A DNA stretch of 64,000 nt from Candidatus Buchananbacteria bacterium (lineage in GTDB: Bacteria > Patescibacteriota > Patescibacteriia > Buchananbacterales > UBA6539), in the NCBI GenBank assembly GCA_041664165.1, contig JBAYLH010000006.1:143-64142 (forward strand), given 5' to 3'. Position 1 is the first letter of the stretch, and each line of letters opens with the position of its first letter. A program made the translations under genes and the position numbers. Positions 1-8,826 of this stretch are shown in pieces. Below the pieces are notes generated by a model. The model searched no databases. It saw only the letters and a list, made by a program, of their open reading frames with translations, and was not told where the DNA came from.

Positions 1-12
1 GGCTGTTCGCCA

Positions 13-56
<44 letters not shown>

Positions 57-818
57 AGACTCGTGCTGTCTATAAATTCGGCTATATGCTGGAAAATCTG
101 GAAAGCCTCAAAGGAGTGAGGCTTGAGAATCTCACACTACTTAGCTATAATAATTATAGCTAAGTAAAAAAGTGTATGAGTGCAGACAATCAGCAGGAAA
201 GGCCAAATAATCTAAGTCCATGGTATATTACCGGTTTTACTGAAGGTGAAGGAACTTTTCACGTCGCAATTTACAAAGATTTAAAAATGAAATTTGGTTT
301 GAAATTCATTCCCGAGTTTCATATTAATCAAAGTTTTTTGCGGCAGGAAACCCTATTAGAGATCAAAAAGTATTTTGGTTGTGGCTATATAAAAAGTAAC
401 CACAGGCAAAATATTAGAGACGACACTTTGGTTTATGTTGTCAGAAATAGAATTGATCTTATTAGTAGGATAATTCCATTTTTTGAAAAGTATCCATTGC
501 TTTCAGACAAAAACAGTTCATTTGTTCTATTCAAACAAATAGTTAATCTGTTAAATAGTAAAGAACATTCGACCCTGGCCGGTAGTAAAAAGATACTTAA
601 TTTAGCCTATCAAATGAATCAGCAGGGTAAGTATCGAAAAATTGATCAAAAGTTATTGTTAGATTATTTGGAATCCTCAGAGACTATACGCCGAAATCCC
701 GCATAATCGGGATAAGATATAGTCCGAACTGCATGGCGACATGCAGATTCTGATAGAAATGTCAGAGCGCCACAGAGCATTAGAAGTTAAGGATGTGGTT
801 TTGCAAAGTAACAAATTG
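57..818 (+). mobile_element. Group I intron inserted in 23S rRNA at the I-CreI-type homing site (GAGACAGT|TCGG)
   Basis: The exon junction restores GACAGT+TCGGTC. The 5' exon ends in T and the intron ends in G at 818. It contains a LAGLIDADG ORF and a perfect hairpin at 141-164. Confidence 0.8.
176..706 (+). CDS. LAGLIDADG homing endonuclease (single-motif, I-CreI-like), intron-encoded
   Basis: N-terminal WYITGFTEGEGTF matches the LAGLIDADG motif. The protein is 176 aa and lies inside the rRNA intron. Confidence 0.85.
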   Translation: MSADNQQERPNNLSPWYITGFTEGEGTFHVAIYKDLKMKFGLKFIPEFHINQSFLRQETLLEIKKYFGCGYIKSNHRQNIRDDTLVYVVRNRIDLISRIIPFFEKYPLLSDKNSSFVLFKQIVNLLNSKEHSTLAGSKKILNLAYQMNQQGKYRKIDQKLLLDYLESSETIRRNPA

Positions 819-1186
819 TCGGTCTCCTATCCACTGTGGGCGTAGAAATTTGAGGGGGCCCATCTCTAGTACGAGAGGACCGAGATGGACGAATCTCTAG
901 TGTGCCAGCTGTCCTACCAGGGGCAGAGCTGGGTAGCTACATTCGGTTTGGATAAGCGCTGAAAGCATCTAAGTGCGAAGCCGTCCCCAAGATTAGATTT
1001 CGATATTAGGTTCCCGGAAGATTACCGGGTTGATAGGTGGCAGGTGTAAGAGCAGTAATGCTTTGAGCCGAGCCATACTAATTACCGATCTATTTAACCA
1101 CAAGAATTGGGATAAAGCGTAGAAACGCTACTTGCAATTATAATAAAAATTTTCAGAAGAAGCTTTGCCCAAAGTTTGGGCGAAGT

Positions 1187-1297
1187 GCTTCTGGTGGTTT
1201 TAGCGACAGGGAAACACCTGTTCCCATCCCGAACACAGAAGTTAAGCCTGCCAGCGCCGATGATACTCTTTCAAGGGGAAAGTAGGTCACTGCCAGT
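1187..1297 (+). rRNA. rrf: 5S rRNA
   Basis: CTTCTGGTGGTT...CCCATCCCGAACACAGAAGTTAAGC...GGGAAAGTAGGTCACTGCCAG are conserved 5S blocks. Confidence 0.9.
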
Positions 1298-1305
1298 TTA
1301 ACATT

Positions 1306-1335
1306 AAGCTCCACTTTACTAAGTGGAGCTTTTTG
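1306..1335 (+). terminator. Rho-independent terminator after the rRNA operon
   Basis: agctccac-tttactaa-gtggagct hairpin followed by TTTTT. Confidence 0.7.
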
Positions 1336-1359
1336 ATTTATGGTATAATATTAAAAAAT

Positions 1360-2094
1360 ATGAAGATTATTGTCACCAAAGATTATAATGACCTTTCCGC
1401 TCAAGTGGCTGATTTGGTTATTAAGCAAATTAAGTTAAAGCCCGATTCAGTTTTGGGTCTGCCGACCGGTGGTACGCCGTTAGGGCTATATCATAATTTG
1501 ATCAAAGCTTATCAACAGGGGATTATTAGTTTCAGCCGGGTGACGACTTTTAATCTTGATGAATATTTAGGTCTGGGTTGCGGTGACAAACAAAGTTATT
1601 GCTATTTTATGTGGCATAATTTGTTTAAGGAAATTGATATTAAAAAAGAAAACGTTTTTATTCCTAACGGCTTAGTCGCCAAAGTTAAGGCCGGTAATTA
1701 CTGCCGGCAATATGAAGAGGAAATCATCAATCGAGGCGGGCTTGATTTACAAATTTTAGGCATCGGCCAAAACGGCCACTTAGGTTTTAATGAGCCGGGT
1801 TCGGCAATTGAATCCGAAATGAGAATTGTTAATTTAAGCGATAATACCATTGAGGCTAACTCTCGATTTTTTAGTAACCCTAAAATAGTTCCGACCAAAG
1901 CCATTACTTTAGGATTAGAAGCCATAATGGCAGCCAAAAAAATCATCGTTTTAGCCGCCGGCCAGCCAAAGGCCGAAGCTATCGCCAAAGCAATTTCCGG
2001 TCCGGTCAGCCAGGAATTACCGGCGTCGGTTTTACAGCAGCATAATAATGTGACTTTTGTTTTAGATCGGCCAGCGGCCAGCCAGCTTAACTAA
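1360..2094 (+). CDS. nagB: Glucosamine-6-phosphate deaminase (NagB family)
   Basis: LPTGGTPLGLY, GIGQNGHLGFNEPGS and DEYLGL motifs. Start chosen at MKIIVTK; the ORF-track start at 1333 is in frame. Confidence 0.8.
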   Translation: MKIIVTKDYNDLSAQVADLVIKQIKLKPDSVLGLPTGGTPLGLYHNLIKAYQQGIISFSRVTTFNLDEYLGLGCGDKQSYCYFMWHNLFKEIDIKKENVFIPNGLVAKVKAGNYCRQYEEEIINRGGLDLQILGIGQNGHLGFNEPGSAIESEMRIVNLSDNTIEANSRFFSNPKIVPTKAITLGLEAIMAAKKIIVLAAGQPKAEAIAKAISGPVSQELPASVLQQHNNVTFVLDRPAASQLN

Positions 2095-2154
2095 AATTTT
2101 AGACTTAGCCAAGCCTTTGTCAGAAGGTTTTTTATTTATCCACAGATTATTAGT

Positions 2155-2200
2155 CTTGACCTAGTATTTTGTATGATATAGTATGATACTATAGTAAGTA
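2155..2200 (+). promoter_or_regulatory. Putative sigma70 promoter (cttgac-N17-tagtat) overlapping the palindrome tatagtaTGAtactata (2177-2193), a candidate operator
   Basis: The -35/-10 hexamers are spaced 17 nt apart. A direct repeat gtatgata x2 and 7-bp inverted arms sit about 50 nt upstream of a gene whose N-terminus is a ribbon-helix-helix. Confidence 0.4.
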
Positions 2201-2249
2201 GCTTGCAGCTGGCAGGAAATAGGAACTTTACAAGCTATAAACCAACTCT

Positions 2250-3083
2250 ATGGACAGATCAAGACTGACAATTACGCTAAAAAAAGAGATTTTAAAGCAA
2301 CTTGATGAATATATTGATGGCGCCCGGATTCGAAACCGGTCTCACGCCATTGAGTATGTTTTAGTTAAGCAGTTTGCGCCGAAAATAAAAAAGGCCGTGA
2401 TTTTAGCCGGCGGCATCGGTTTGAAGATGCGGCCGTTTACTTATGAAATGCCGAAAGCCATGATTTTAGTTGCCGGTCGGCCGGTTTTGGAATATATCAT
2501 TGAAAATTTGCGCCGGTATGATGTGCGCGATTTGATTATTTCCATCGGTCATCAGGGAGCGAAAATTAAACAGCATTTCGGCGACGGTTCAAAATTCGGC
2601 GTCAAAATTACTTATGTCGAGCAAGGCAAATCCCAAGTCGGCACGGTGGCACCGCTTTTGCAGATTAAGAAAACGATCGGCGATAATCCTTTTATTGTTT
2701 ATTACGGTGATGTTTTGGCTAATATTGATTTTGACGACATGATTGATTTTCATTTCGGCAGTAGCGGGTTAGTGACGATGGCCTTAACTTCGGTCAATAA
2801 ATCATCGGATTGGGGAGTGGTGCGGGTTCAAGGCAGCCGGGTTTATTCATTTTTAGAAAAGCCCGATGCCAGAAAGGATTTATCCAATGTGATTAATGCC
2901 GGGATTTATATTTTTGAACCAAAGATTTTTGATTACCTTAATCCCGACTGCAAGAGATTGGAAAAAGATGTTTTTCCTAAGCTAGTTGAAGAACGGAAAA
3001 TTTTTGGCTATCTTTTTGCCGGCCAGTGGTTTGACGTGGGCAACCCCGAAATTTATAAATTAGCAGTCAAAGAATGGCGCTAA
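2250..3083 (+). CDS. Ribbon-helix-helix (CopG/NikR-like) domain fused to a sugar-phosphate nucleotidyltransferase (RmlA/ManC-like)
   Basis: N-terminal TITLKKEILKQLDEYIDGARIRNRSHAIEYVL has the RHH pattern. It is followed by AVILAGGIGLKMRPFT (the G-rich NTP-transferase loop) and a typical nucleotidyltransferase body. Confidence 0.7.
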   Translation: MDRSRLTITLKKEILKQLDEYIDGARIRNRSHAIEYVLVKQFAPKIKKAVILAGGIGLKMRPFTYEMPKAMILVAGRPVLEYIIENLRRYDVRDLIISIGHQGAKIKQHFGDGSKFGVKITYVEQGKSQVGTVAPLLQIKKTIGDNPFIVYYGDVLANIDFDDMIDFHFGSSGLVTMALTSVNKSSDWGVVRVQGSRVYSFLEKPDARKDLSNVINAGIYIFEPKIFDYLNPDCKRLEKDVFPKLVEERKIFGYLFAGQWFDVGNPEIYKLAVKEWR

Positions 3084-3154
3084 TCGCTAGCAATAAAAGA
3101 GTGAGAGTCTTTTTTTATTACTTACATTAATCAGATTTAAACTAACTCAATATT

Positions 3155-4162
3155 ATGCCAATAAAAATTGCCATTAATGGTTTTGGCCGCATGGGTCGGC
3201 TCATTTTTCGAAAGATGTTTGACGACCCGGCCGTTCAAATTGTCGCAATTAATAGTCCTTCCAGTGTTGCCTTTTATGCCCATTTGCTTAAATATGATTC
3301 CTGCTACGGGATTTGGGATAAGGACGTCAGCGCTGAAGAGACAAAATTATTAGTTGATGGAAAATCAATTCCTTTGTATTGCCACCTGACGCCGCTGAAT
3401 TGCCCCTGGCGAGAGCTGGAAGTTGACATTGTCATTGAATCAACCGGCGTTTTTCGAAGCCGAGCCGATTCGGAATTGCACCTTAAAGCCGGCGCCAAGC
3501 GCATTATCATTACAGCGCCGGCCAAAGACGAGGATATCACACTGGTGCCGGGCGTCAATTTGGACGCTTTTGATCCGGCCAGTCATGTTATAATTTCTTC
3601 CGCTTCCTGCACTTCAAATTGCCTGGCGCCGATAATCAAAACCATCCAGCCGGCCTTGAAAATCAAGCACGGCTATATGGTTACGGTGCACGCCTATACT
3701 AATGATCAGCATCTAGTCGATGCGCCGCACAAAAAAGAAGATTTTCGGCGGGCGCGGGCGGCGACCGAATCCATTATTCCAACCGACACCGGCGCGACCA
3801 AAACGATCGGCAAGCTGATTCCGGAATTAGCCGGCCGGCTTTCTGGCATCGCCATGCGCGTACCGGTAGTTTTGCCTTCGGTGATCAATTTGGCTTTGGA
3901 AGTAGAAAAATCGACCACCGCCGAAGCGGTCAATAAAATCTTAAAAGACGCGGCCATGGGCGAACTTAAAGGCATTATGGATTTTTCCACGCTGCCGCTA
4001 GTATCGGTTGACTATCGCGGCAATCCCTGCGCTTCCATCATTGACGGCCTGCTGACGGAAGTGGTGGACGAAACCATGGTCAATATTGTTTCCTGGTATG
4101 ACAATGAATGGGGTTACATCAATCAGCTATCGCGGGTGATTAAGCATGTTGGTAAAAATTAA
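3155..4162 (+). CDS. gap: Glyceraldehyde-3-phosphate dehydrogenase, type I
   Basis: INGFGRMGR Rossmann motif, the SCTSNCLAP catalytic cysteine motif, and WYDNEWGY at the C-terminus. Confidence 0.9.
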   Translation: MPIKIAINGFGRMGRLIFRKMFDDPAVQIVAINSPSSVAFYAHLLKYDSCYGIWDKDVSAEETKLLVDGKSIPLYCHLTPLNCPWRELEVDIVIESTGVFRSRADSELHLKAGAKRIIITAPAKDEDITLVPGVNLDAFDPASHVIISSASCTSNCLAPIIKTIQPALKIKHGYMVTVHAYTNDQHLVDAPHKKEDFRRARAATESIIPTDTGATKTIGKLIPELAGRLSGIAMRVPVVLPSVINLALEVEKSTTAEAVNKILKDAAMGELKGIMDFSTLPLVSVDYRGNPCASIIDGLLTEVVDETMVNIVSWYDNEWGYINQLSRVIKHVGKN

Positions 4163-4303
4163 CCGGGTGGGCTATTTTTTAGGATAATTGGTAATTTTTT
4201 GAGCGGAACAATAATTCAAGTGATTAAATTGGGTATTTGACCAGTTCCAAATAAATAATTTTGTCACTTAGAATTGTTCGTCCTAACTTGGGAGGTTACC
4301 ATC

Positions 4304-5080
4304 ATGAATAGTGTGTTGTTCATTGATATTGGTTCTGATGTTCGCGATAAAACTAACAAAATAGTTGCCGGACTGCGCGCCCGCGGTATTTCGGTTTGCC
4401 ACCCTGAAAATAGCAAAGCCCTAGCTCCATCAGTAGCCCTCGGTCAGCAGTCTTTGGGCCAGCAGTTTGATGCTGTGGTTCATTTTGATCTTGGCATACC
4501 GCACCGCTTTACTTCGGTTCTGGAAGCTTACGAATTGACCGGTGTGCGGGTAATGAACCGGTACAATATTGCAAGTATGTTGTATAATCGGATTGGTTTG
4601 TGTATATTCTTACAGCAATACGCGATCAGGCAGCCGCGTTGGTATTACGGTTATCCTGGTGGTATTCCGGCCGATTTTGGACAGCAGGTTGTCCATAAAT
4701 CAGTTGATGGTCATCTTGTCCATCTGGTTGAACGCGGTCGAATCCATTCTTCAGATGAATTGGGTTTTTACCAGGAGCTGATACCAAACCATTCTGGTAT
4801 TACTCATACCGTCTATTGGATTTTCGGGCACTGTTTTACGGCGACCAAGTCGTGTGTTTTTACTTGCCCGGCAGAAGAGCGACGGCCCAAAGTCATGATC
4901 GACACAACTTTGGCATCGGAAATGGAAGTAGTTGATCAGATTTGGCGACAAAGTCAGCTCGACTTTTTCTGCGTTGAGTTTGTTGGTGACCATGTTATTG
5001 ATGTCAACCCTTATCCTAATCCGTTTTGTCATCCGGAAGCTGTCGGCTGGTTTGTCGATGGCATTAGCCAAGTTCTTTGA
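4304..5080 (+). CDS. ATP-grasp family protein (RimK/GshB-like fold), function unknown
   Basis: C-terminal FFCVEFVGDHVIDVNPYP resembles the ATP-grasp Mg-binding E..N motif. SD gggagg lies 9 nt upstream of the ATG at 4304. Confidence 0.5.
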   Translation: MNSVLFIDIGSDVRDKTNKIVAGLRARGISVCHPENSKALAPSVALGQQSLGQQFDAVVHFDLGIPHRFTSVLEAYELTGVRVMNRYNIASMLYNRIGLCIFLQQYAIRQPRWYYGYPGGIPADFGQQVVHKSVDGHLVHLVERGRIHSSDELGFYQELIPNHSGITHTVYWIFGHCFTATKSCVFTCPAEERRPKVMIDTTLASEMEVVDQIWRQSQLDFFCVEFVGDHVIDVNPYPNPFCHPEAVGWFVDGISQVL

Positions 5081-5145
5081 TGTGTCGGGATCAATTAGTT
5101 TTGGTCCCCCTTTTTTTAAAAAAATTACTGTGATAAAATTAAATT

Positions 5146-5739
5146 ATGATTGATGAAGCTATTAAAATCAAGCCAAGCACCAAAAAAGTTATTATTGGAT
5201 TGATAAGTCATTCAGATATTAGTGTTGACCGACTGCGCCATGAGATAAATCATATTTTTTGTGCTTTAACTTGGCTTTATAAATTAAACTCTAAGCCATC
5301 ATTAGCCTTAGAATTAGCAACGGCTCTTCATGATTGTGATCGGTTGTTTGATAAACGTCGTGCCCATCGTAAAAATTTTAAAAACTATATTGATTATAAA
5401 AAAAGCCATAGCAAGATTAGTGCTAAAATTGCGGGAGAAATTTTGATAGCCGTCGGCCAAAAATATCTTGTTAATCAGGTTAAAGATTTAATCATTGCTC
5501 ATGAATTTGGTGGTACCGTTTTGGCCAATAAGCTGAAAGTATGTGACAGCTTTGCTTTTTTTGATCAGAATTTATTAGATTATTATCGAGACGAAGGGAA
5601 TAGGGTGACTTTAGAAAAAATGGAATTTATGTACCAACGCTTAGATATTAAATCAAAAAAATTACTTTCGGCAAGTGCTTTAGATTTTAGATTAGTGCCT
5701 ACGTTAAATAATTATTTTTTGAAGATAAAAAATCAGTAG
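5146..5739 (+). CDS. Hypothetical protein, possible HD-domain hydrolase
   Basis: His/Asp pattern H..H...LHDCDR...H. The assignment is weak. Confidence 0.35.
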   Translation: MIDEAIKIKPSTKKVIIGLISHSDISVDRLRHEINHIFCALTWLYKLNSKPSLALELATALHDCDRLFDKRRAHRKNFKNYIDYKKSHSKISAKIAGEILIAVGQKYLVNQVKDLIIAHEFGGTVLANKLKVCDSFAFFDQNLLDYYRDEGNRVTLEKMEFMYQRLDIKSKKLLSASALDFRLVPTLNNYFLKIKNQ

Positions 5740-5978
5740 TAGTTGACAAAATATTACTAAAAAAATAGCTTTAATTAGCTATTTTTTTATTTTATCCACA
5801 ATTTTGTCGGAAAAAAATTGACAAGTTTTAAAATCCATTATAAGATAGCTATTATTAATATCCCGGTAGTGATCCCACACTTAATAGAGGAGATTACTGC
5901 CGGATAAAGGTTAAAACATAGTTGATAAAATATTCGTCTTTCACTTTTAATAAAACAAGTGGGGGACTACTACCGGGT

Positions 5979-6719
5979 ATGATTGAAAAAATCCTCCAAA
6001 ATTTAGGCCTAACTGACAAGGAAATCAAGGTTTATTTGTCATCTCTGAAACTGGGGCCAACACCGGTACGAAAAATTGCCCTGGAAGCCGGGATTAACCG
6101 CGGCACGACTTATGATATTTTAAAGGCTTTAATCGAGCTGGGCTTGGTCAGTTATTACCATCAGGATAAAAAGCAATATTTTATTGCCGAAGATCCGGCT
6201 AAGCTAAAGGATGTTTTAGAAAAAAAACAACAAGACTTAGAAAAGATTAAGGGCGATGTTGATCAGATTATTCCTCAACTAAAATCAATTTATGACAATG
6301 CGGAAAATAAACCGGTGGTTAAATTTTATGAAGGGGACGCCGGCGTTAAAATAATTTTACAGGACGTCATTGCCTCCTGCCTTGCGGCGGAAAAGAAAGA
6401 ATATTATGTTTATTCGTCTTCAACCATTAAAAAATATATTTATGAATTGTTTCCAGATTTTACCGATCAGCGGATTAAGGCCAACGTCAATGTCAAAGTA
6501 ATTTCGGTCGGACCGGGCGGTGAAATCCGGGGTTTAGACGAAAGAAAATGGCTGACGACCAAAGAAAGCGCCCCGACTTATACTTTGATTTATGCCGGCA
6601 AAGTGGCGATGATTTCCGTTGACAGTAATGACCGGCCGATTGGCATCATTATTGAAGATAACAATCTTTATAAAACGCAATGGATACTCTTTAATTTTGC
6701 TTGGCAGAAACTAGAATAA
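5979..6719 (+). CDS. TrmB-family transcriptional regulator (sugar-responsive type)
   Basis: MIEKILQNLGLTDKEIKVYLSSLKLGPTPVRKIALEAGINRGTTYDILKAL is the canonical TrmB N-terminal wHTH. The ORF-track start at 5922 is a TTG; the ATG at 5979 is preferred. Confidence 0.7.
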   Translation: MIEKILQNLGLTDKEIKVYLSSLKLGPTPVRKIALEAGINRGTTYDILKALIELGLVSYYHQDKKQYFIAEDPAKLKDVLEKKQQDLEKIKGDVDQIIPQLKSIYDNAENKPVVKFYEGDAGVKIILQDVIASCLAAEKKEYYVYSSSTIKKYIYELFPDFTDQRIKANVNVKVISVGPGGEIRGLDERKWLTTKESAPTYTLIYAGKVAMISVDSNDRPIGIIIEDNNLYKTQWILFNFAWQKLE

Positions 6720-6721
6720 AT

Positions 6722-6762
6722 TATAATTAAATTCTAAATCCGAAATTCTAAATCCGAAATAA
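6722..6762. repeat. AT-rich tandem repeat (aattctaaatccgaa x2) upstream of glmS
   Basis: Direct 15-nt repeat. Related ctaaatccgaaat/ctaaattctaa strings occur near 14805 and 27738. Confidence 0.5.
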
Positions 6763-6866
6763 ATTCAAAATCACAATTTCCAAAACTTAAAACTTTTTTG
6801 AAAATTTGAATTTAGTTATTAAATATTGTTTAGAATTTCGAAATTAGAGCTTAGAAATTAAAATAT

Positions 6867-8702
6867 ATGTGTGGGATAGTCGGTTACATCGGTTTAAAAC
6901 AAGCAAGCCCGATTTTAATTGACGGCTTGAAGCGGCTTGAATATCGCGGCTATGATTCGGCCGGCTTAGCGATTTGGGACGGTCAAAAAATCGGGCAAGT
7001 GAAATTAAAAGGCAAGATTTCGCAGTTAGCGGATTTAATCAAAGACCGGCAGCTTTCCGGCAGTATTGGCATTGCTCATACCCGCTGGGCGACTCACGGC
7101 ATTCCGTCGGAAGTTAACGCTCATCCGCATTTTGACTGCACTGGAAAAATTGCCATTGTTCATAATGGGATTATTGAAAATTTTTTGGCTTTGAGAAAAG
7201 TTTTGCAATCCGAAGGCCATAAATTTGTTTCGCAGACTGATTCGGAAGTCTTGGCTCATTTGATTGAGAAATATAAACCGGGCAAAACTTTGGAGCAAGC
7301 CGTGATTTTAGCTTTGAAACAGGTGGAAGGAACTTATGGTCTGGTGGTTTTTTGCGCCGATGAGCCGGATAAAATCGTGGCGGCGAAAAAAGGCAGTCCG
7401 CTGGTCGTTGGCGTTGGCCAGGGCGAATATCTAGTCGCTTCCGACGCTTCGGCGATAATTTCTTACACCAAACACGTGATTTACCTTGACGACAATGAAG
7501 TAATTACGATTACCGCTGGCAGCCATCAAGTTAATAACTTAATTAATAGTAATGGCATTGAAAAAAAGGTTGAAGAAATCAGTTGGAATCTAGAACAAAT
7601 TGAAAAAGGCGGTTTTGATACTTTCATGCTCAAAGAAATTTTTGAGCAGCCGGACAGTATTACTAATGCCTTGCGCGGCCGGGTTTTATTAGATGACGGA
7701 CAAGTTAAGATTAGGGGATTAGATGAAATTGAAAAAAGGCTGACATCAGTTTCGCGGGTCATTATTGTCGCTTGCGGCACTTCCTGGCACGCCGGCTTAG
7801 TCGGGGAATTTTTAATCGAAGACTTGGCTAAAATTCCGGTTGAAGTCGAATATGCCTCGGAATTTCGTTACCGCCATCCGGTCATTGGGCCGGACTGTCT
7901 CGTCATTGTTATTTCCCAATCGGGTGAAACCGCGGACACTTTGGCCGCTTTGGAATTAGCCAAGGAAAAGGGCGCAATTACTTTTGGTATCTGCAACGTC
8001 GTCGGTTCAACAATTGCCAGAAAAGTCGATGCGGGCTGTTTTTTGCATGCCGGGCCGGAAATCGGCGTGGCTTCAACCAAAGCTTTTACTTCACAGCTAA
8101 CCATTTTGAACTTACTGGCAGTTTATCTGGGTCGGCTCAGAAAAAATTTGTCAGCCGATAAAGCCAAAGAAATTTTAAAGGAACTTTTAGCCGTGCCGGC
8201 TCTGGTTAAAGAGTTGTTAGAGAAAAACGAGGAAATTAAAAGTTTAGCGAGTGAATTCAAACAAGCCACTAATTTTTTGTATTTAGGCCGCGGCTTAAAT
8301 TTCCCGGTGGCTTTGGAAGGCGCTTTGAAGCTGAAAGAAATTTCTTATATTCATGCCGAAGGCTATCCGGCCGCGGAAATGAAACACGGCCCGATTGCCT
8401 TGATTGATCAGCAGTTACCCGTATTATTTTTGGCTAATAAAGATTACACTTACGATAAAATTGTTTCTAATATTTTAGAAGTTAAGGCCCGGGGCGGCAG
8501 AGTAATTGCCATTGCTTCGGTTGGGGATGATGAGATTGCTAAAATCGTCGAACATGTGATCTACGTGCCAAAGGCTTTAGACTTTTTAACCCCGATTTTA
8601 AACACGATTCCGCTTCAGCTTTTGGCTTATCATATTGCGACTTTGAAAGGCTGCGACGTTGATAAGCCGAGAAATTTGGCTAAGAGTGTAACGGTTGAGT
8701 AA
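6867..8702 (+). CDS. glmS: Glutamine--fructose-6-phosphate aminotransferase
   Basis: MCGIVGY N-terminal nucleophile, two SIS domains, 611 aa. Confidence 0.95.
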   Translation: MCGIVGYIGLKQASPILIDGLKRLEYRGYDSAGLAIWDGQKIGQVKLKGKISQLADLIKDRQLSGSIGIAHTRWATHGIPSEVNAHPHFDCTGKIAIVHNGIIENFLALRKVLQSEGHKFVSQTDSEVLAHLIEKYKPGKTLEQAVILALKQVEGTYGLVVFCADEPDKIVAAKKGSPLVVGVGQGEYLVASDASAIISYTKHVIYLDDNEVITITAGSHQVNNLINSNGIEKKVEEISWNLEQIEKGGFDTFMLKEIFEQPDSITNALRGRVLLDDGQVKIRGLDEIEKRLTSVSRVIIVACGTSWHAGLVGEFLIEDLAKIPVEVEYASEFRYRHPVIGPDCLVIVISQSGETADTLAALELAKEKGAITFGICNVVGSTIARKVDAGCFLHAGPEIGVASTKAFTSQLTILNLLAVYLGRLRKNLSADKAKEILKELLAVPALVKELLEKNEEIKSLASEFKQATNFLYLGRGLNFPVALEGALKLKEISYIHAEGYPAAEMKHGPIALIDQQLPVLFLANKDYTYDKIVSNILEVKARGGRVIAIASVGDDEIAKIVEHVIYVPKALDFLTPILNTIPLQLLAYHIATLKGCDVDKPRNLAKSVTVE

Positions 8703-8750
8703 TTATTTTTTGTGTTATTCTGAAGGAGCTCCGATTTTATGTTGGGACGA

Positions 8751-8795
8751 CTGAAGAATCCCTGCCTGCCGGCAGGCAGGTCAGAGATTCTTCAG
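8751..8795. repeat. Palindromic hairpin element ctgaagaatc-cctgcctgcc|ggcaggcagg-gattcttcag (REP-like, possible glmS terminator)
   Basis: A perfect 20-bp inner palindrome with 10-bp outer arms. Related cctRcc..ggYagg palindromes occur at 13215-13236 and 48075-48096. Confidence 0.6.
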
Positions 8796-8826
8796 CCTTC
8801 GGCCTCAGAATGACAAATGAAAACAT

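Noticed and set aside
6720-6866. glmS ribozyme upstream of glmS
   Set aside because: The spacer is AT-rich tandem repeats. The conserved GC-rich catalytic core of the glmS ribozyme is not present.
1698-8104. Multiple antisense or alternative-frame ORFs inside nagB, gap, the ATP-grasp gene and glmS (e.g. 1698-1988, 3304-3558, 3706-3990, 4751-5071, 7035-7298, 7526-7780, 7868-8104)
   Set aside because: Each lies fully inside a well-supported conserved gene on the other strand or frame. None has motifs or start signals.
8739-8813. 24-aa peptide ORF (MLGRLKNPCLPAGRSEILQPSASE) with an upstream aaggag
   Set aside because: It is encoded entirely by the palindromic REP-like hairpin after glmS. The SD-like string is probably coincidental.
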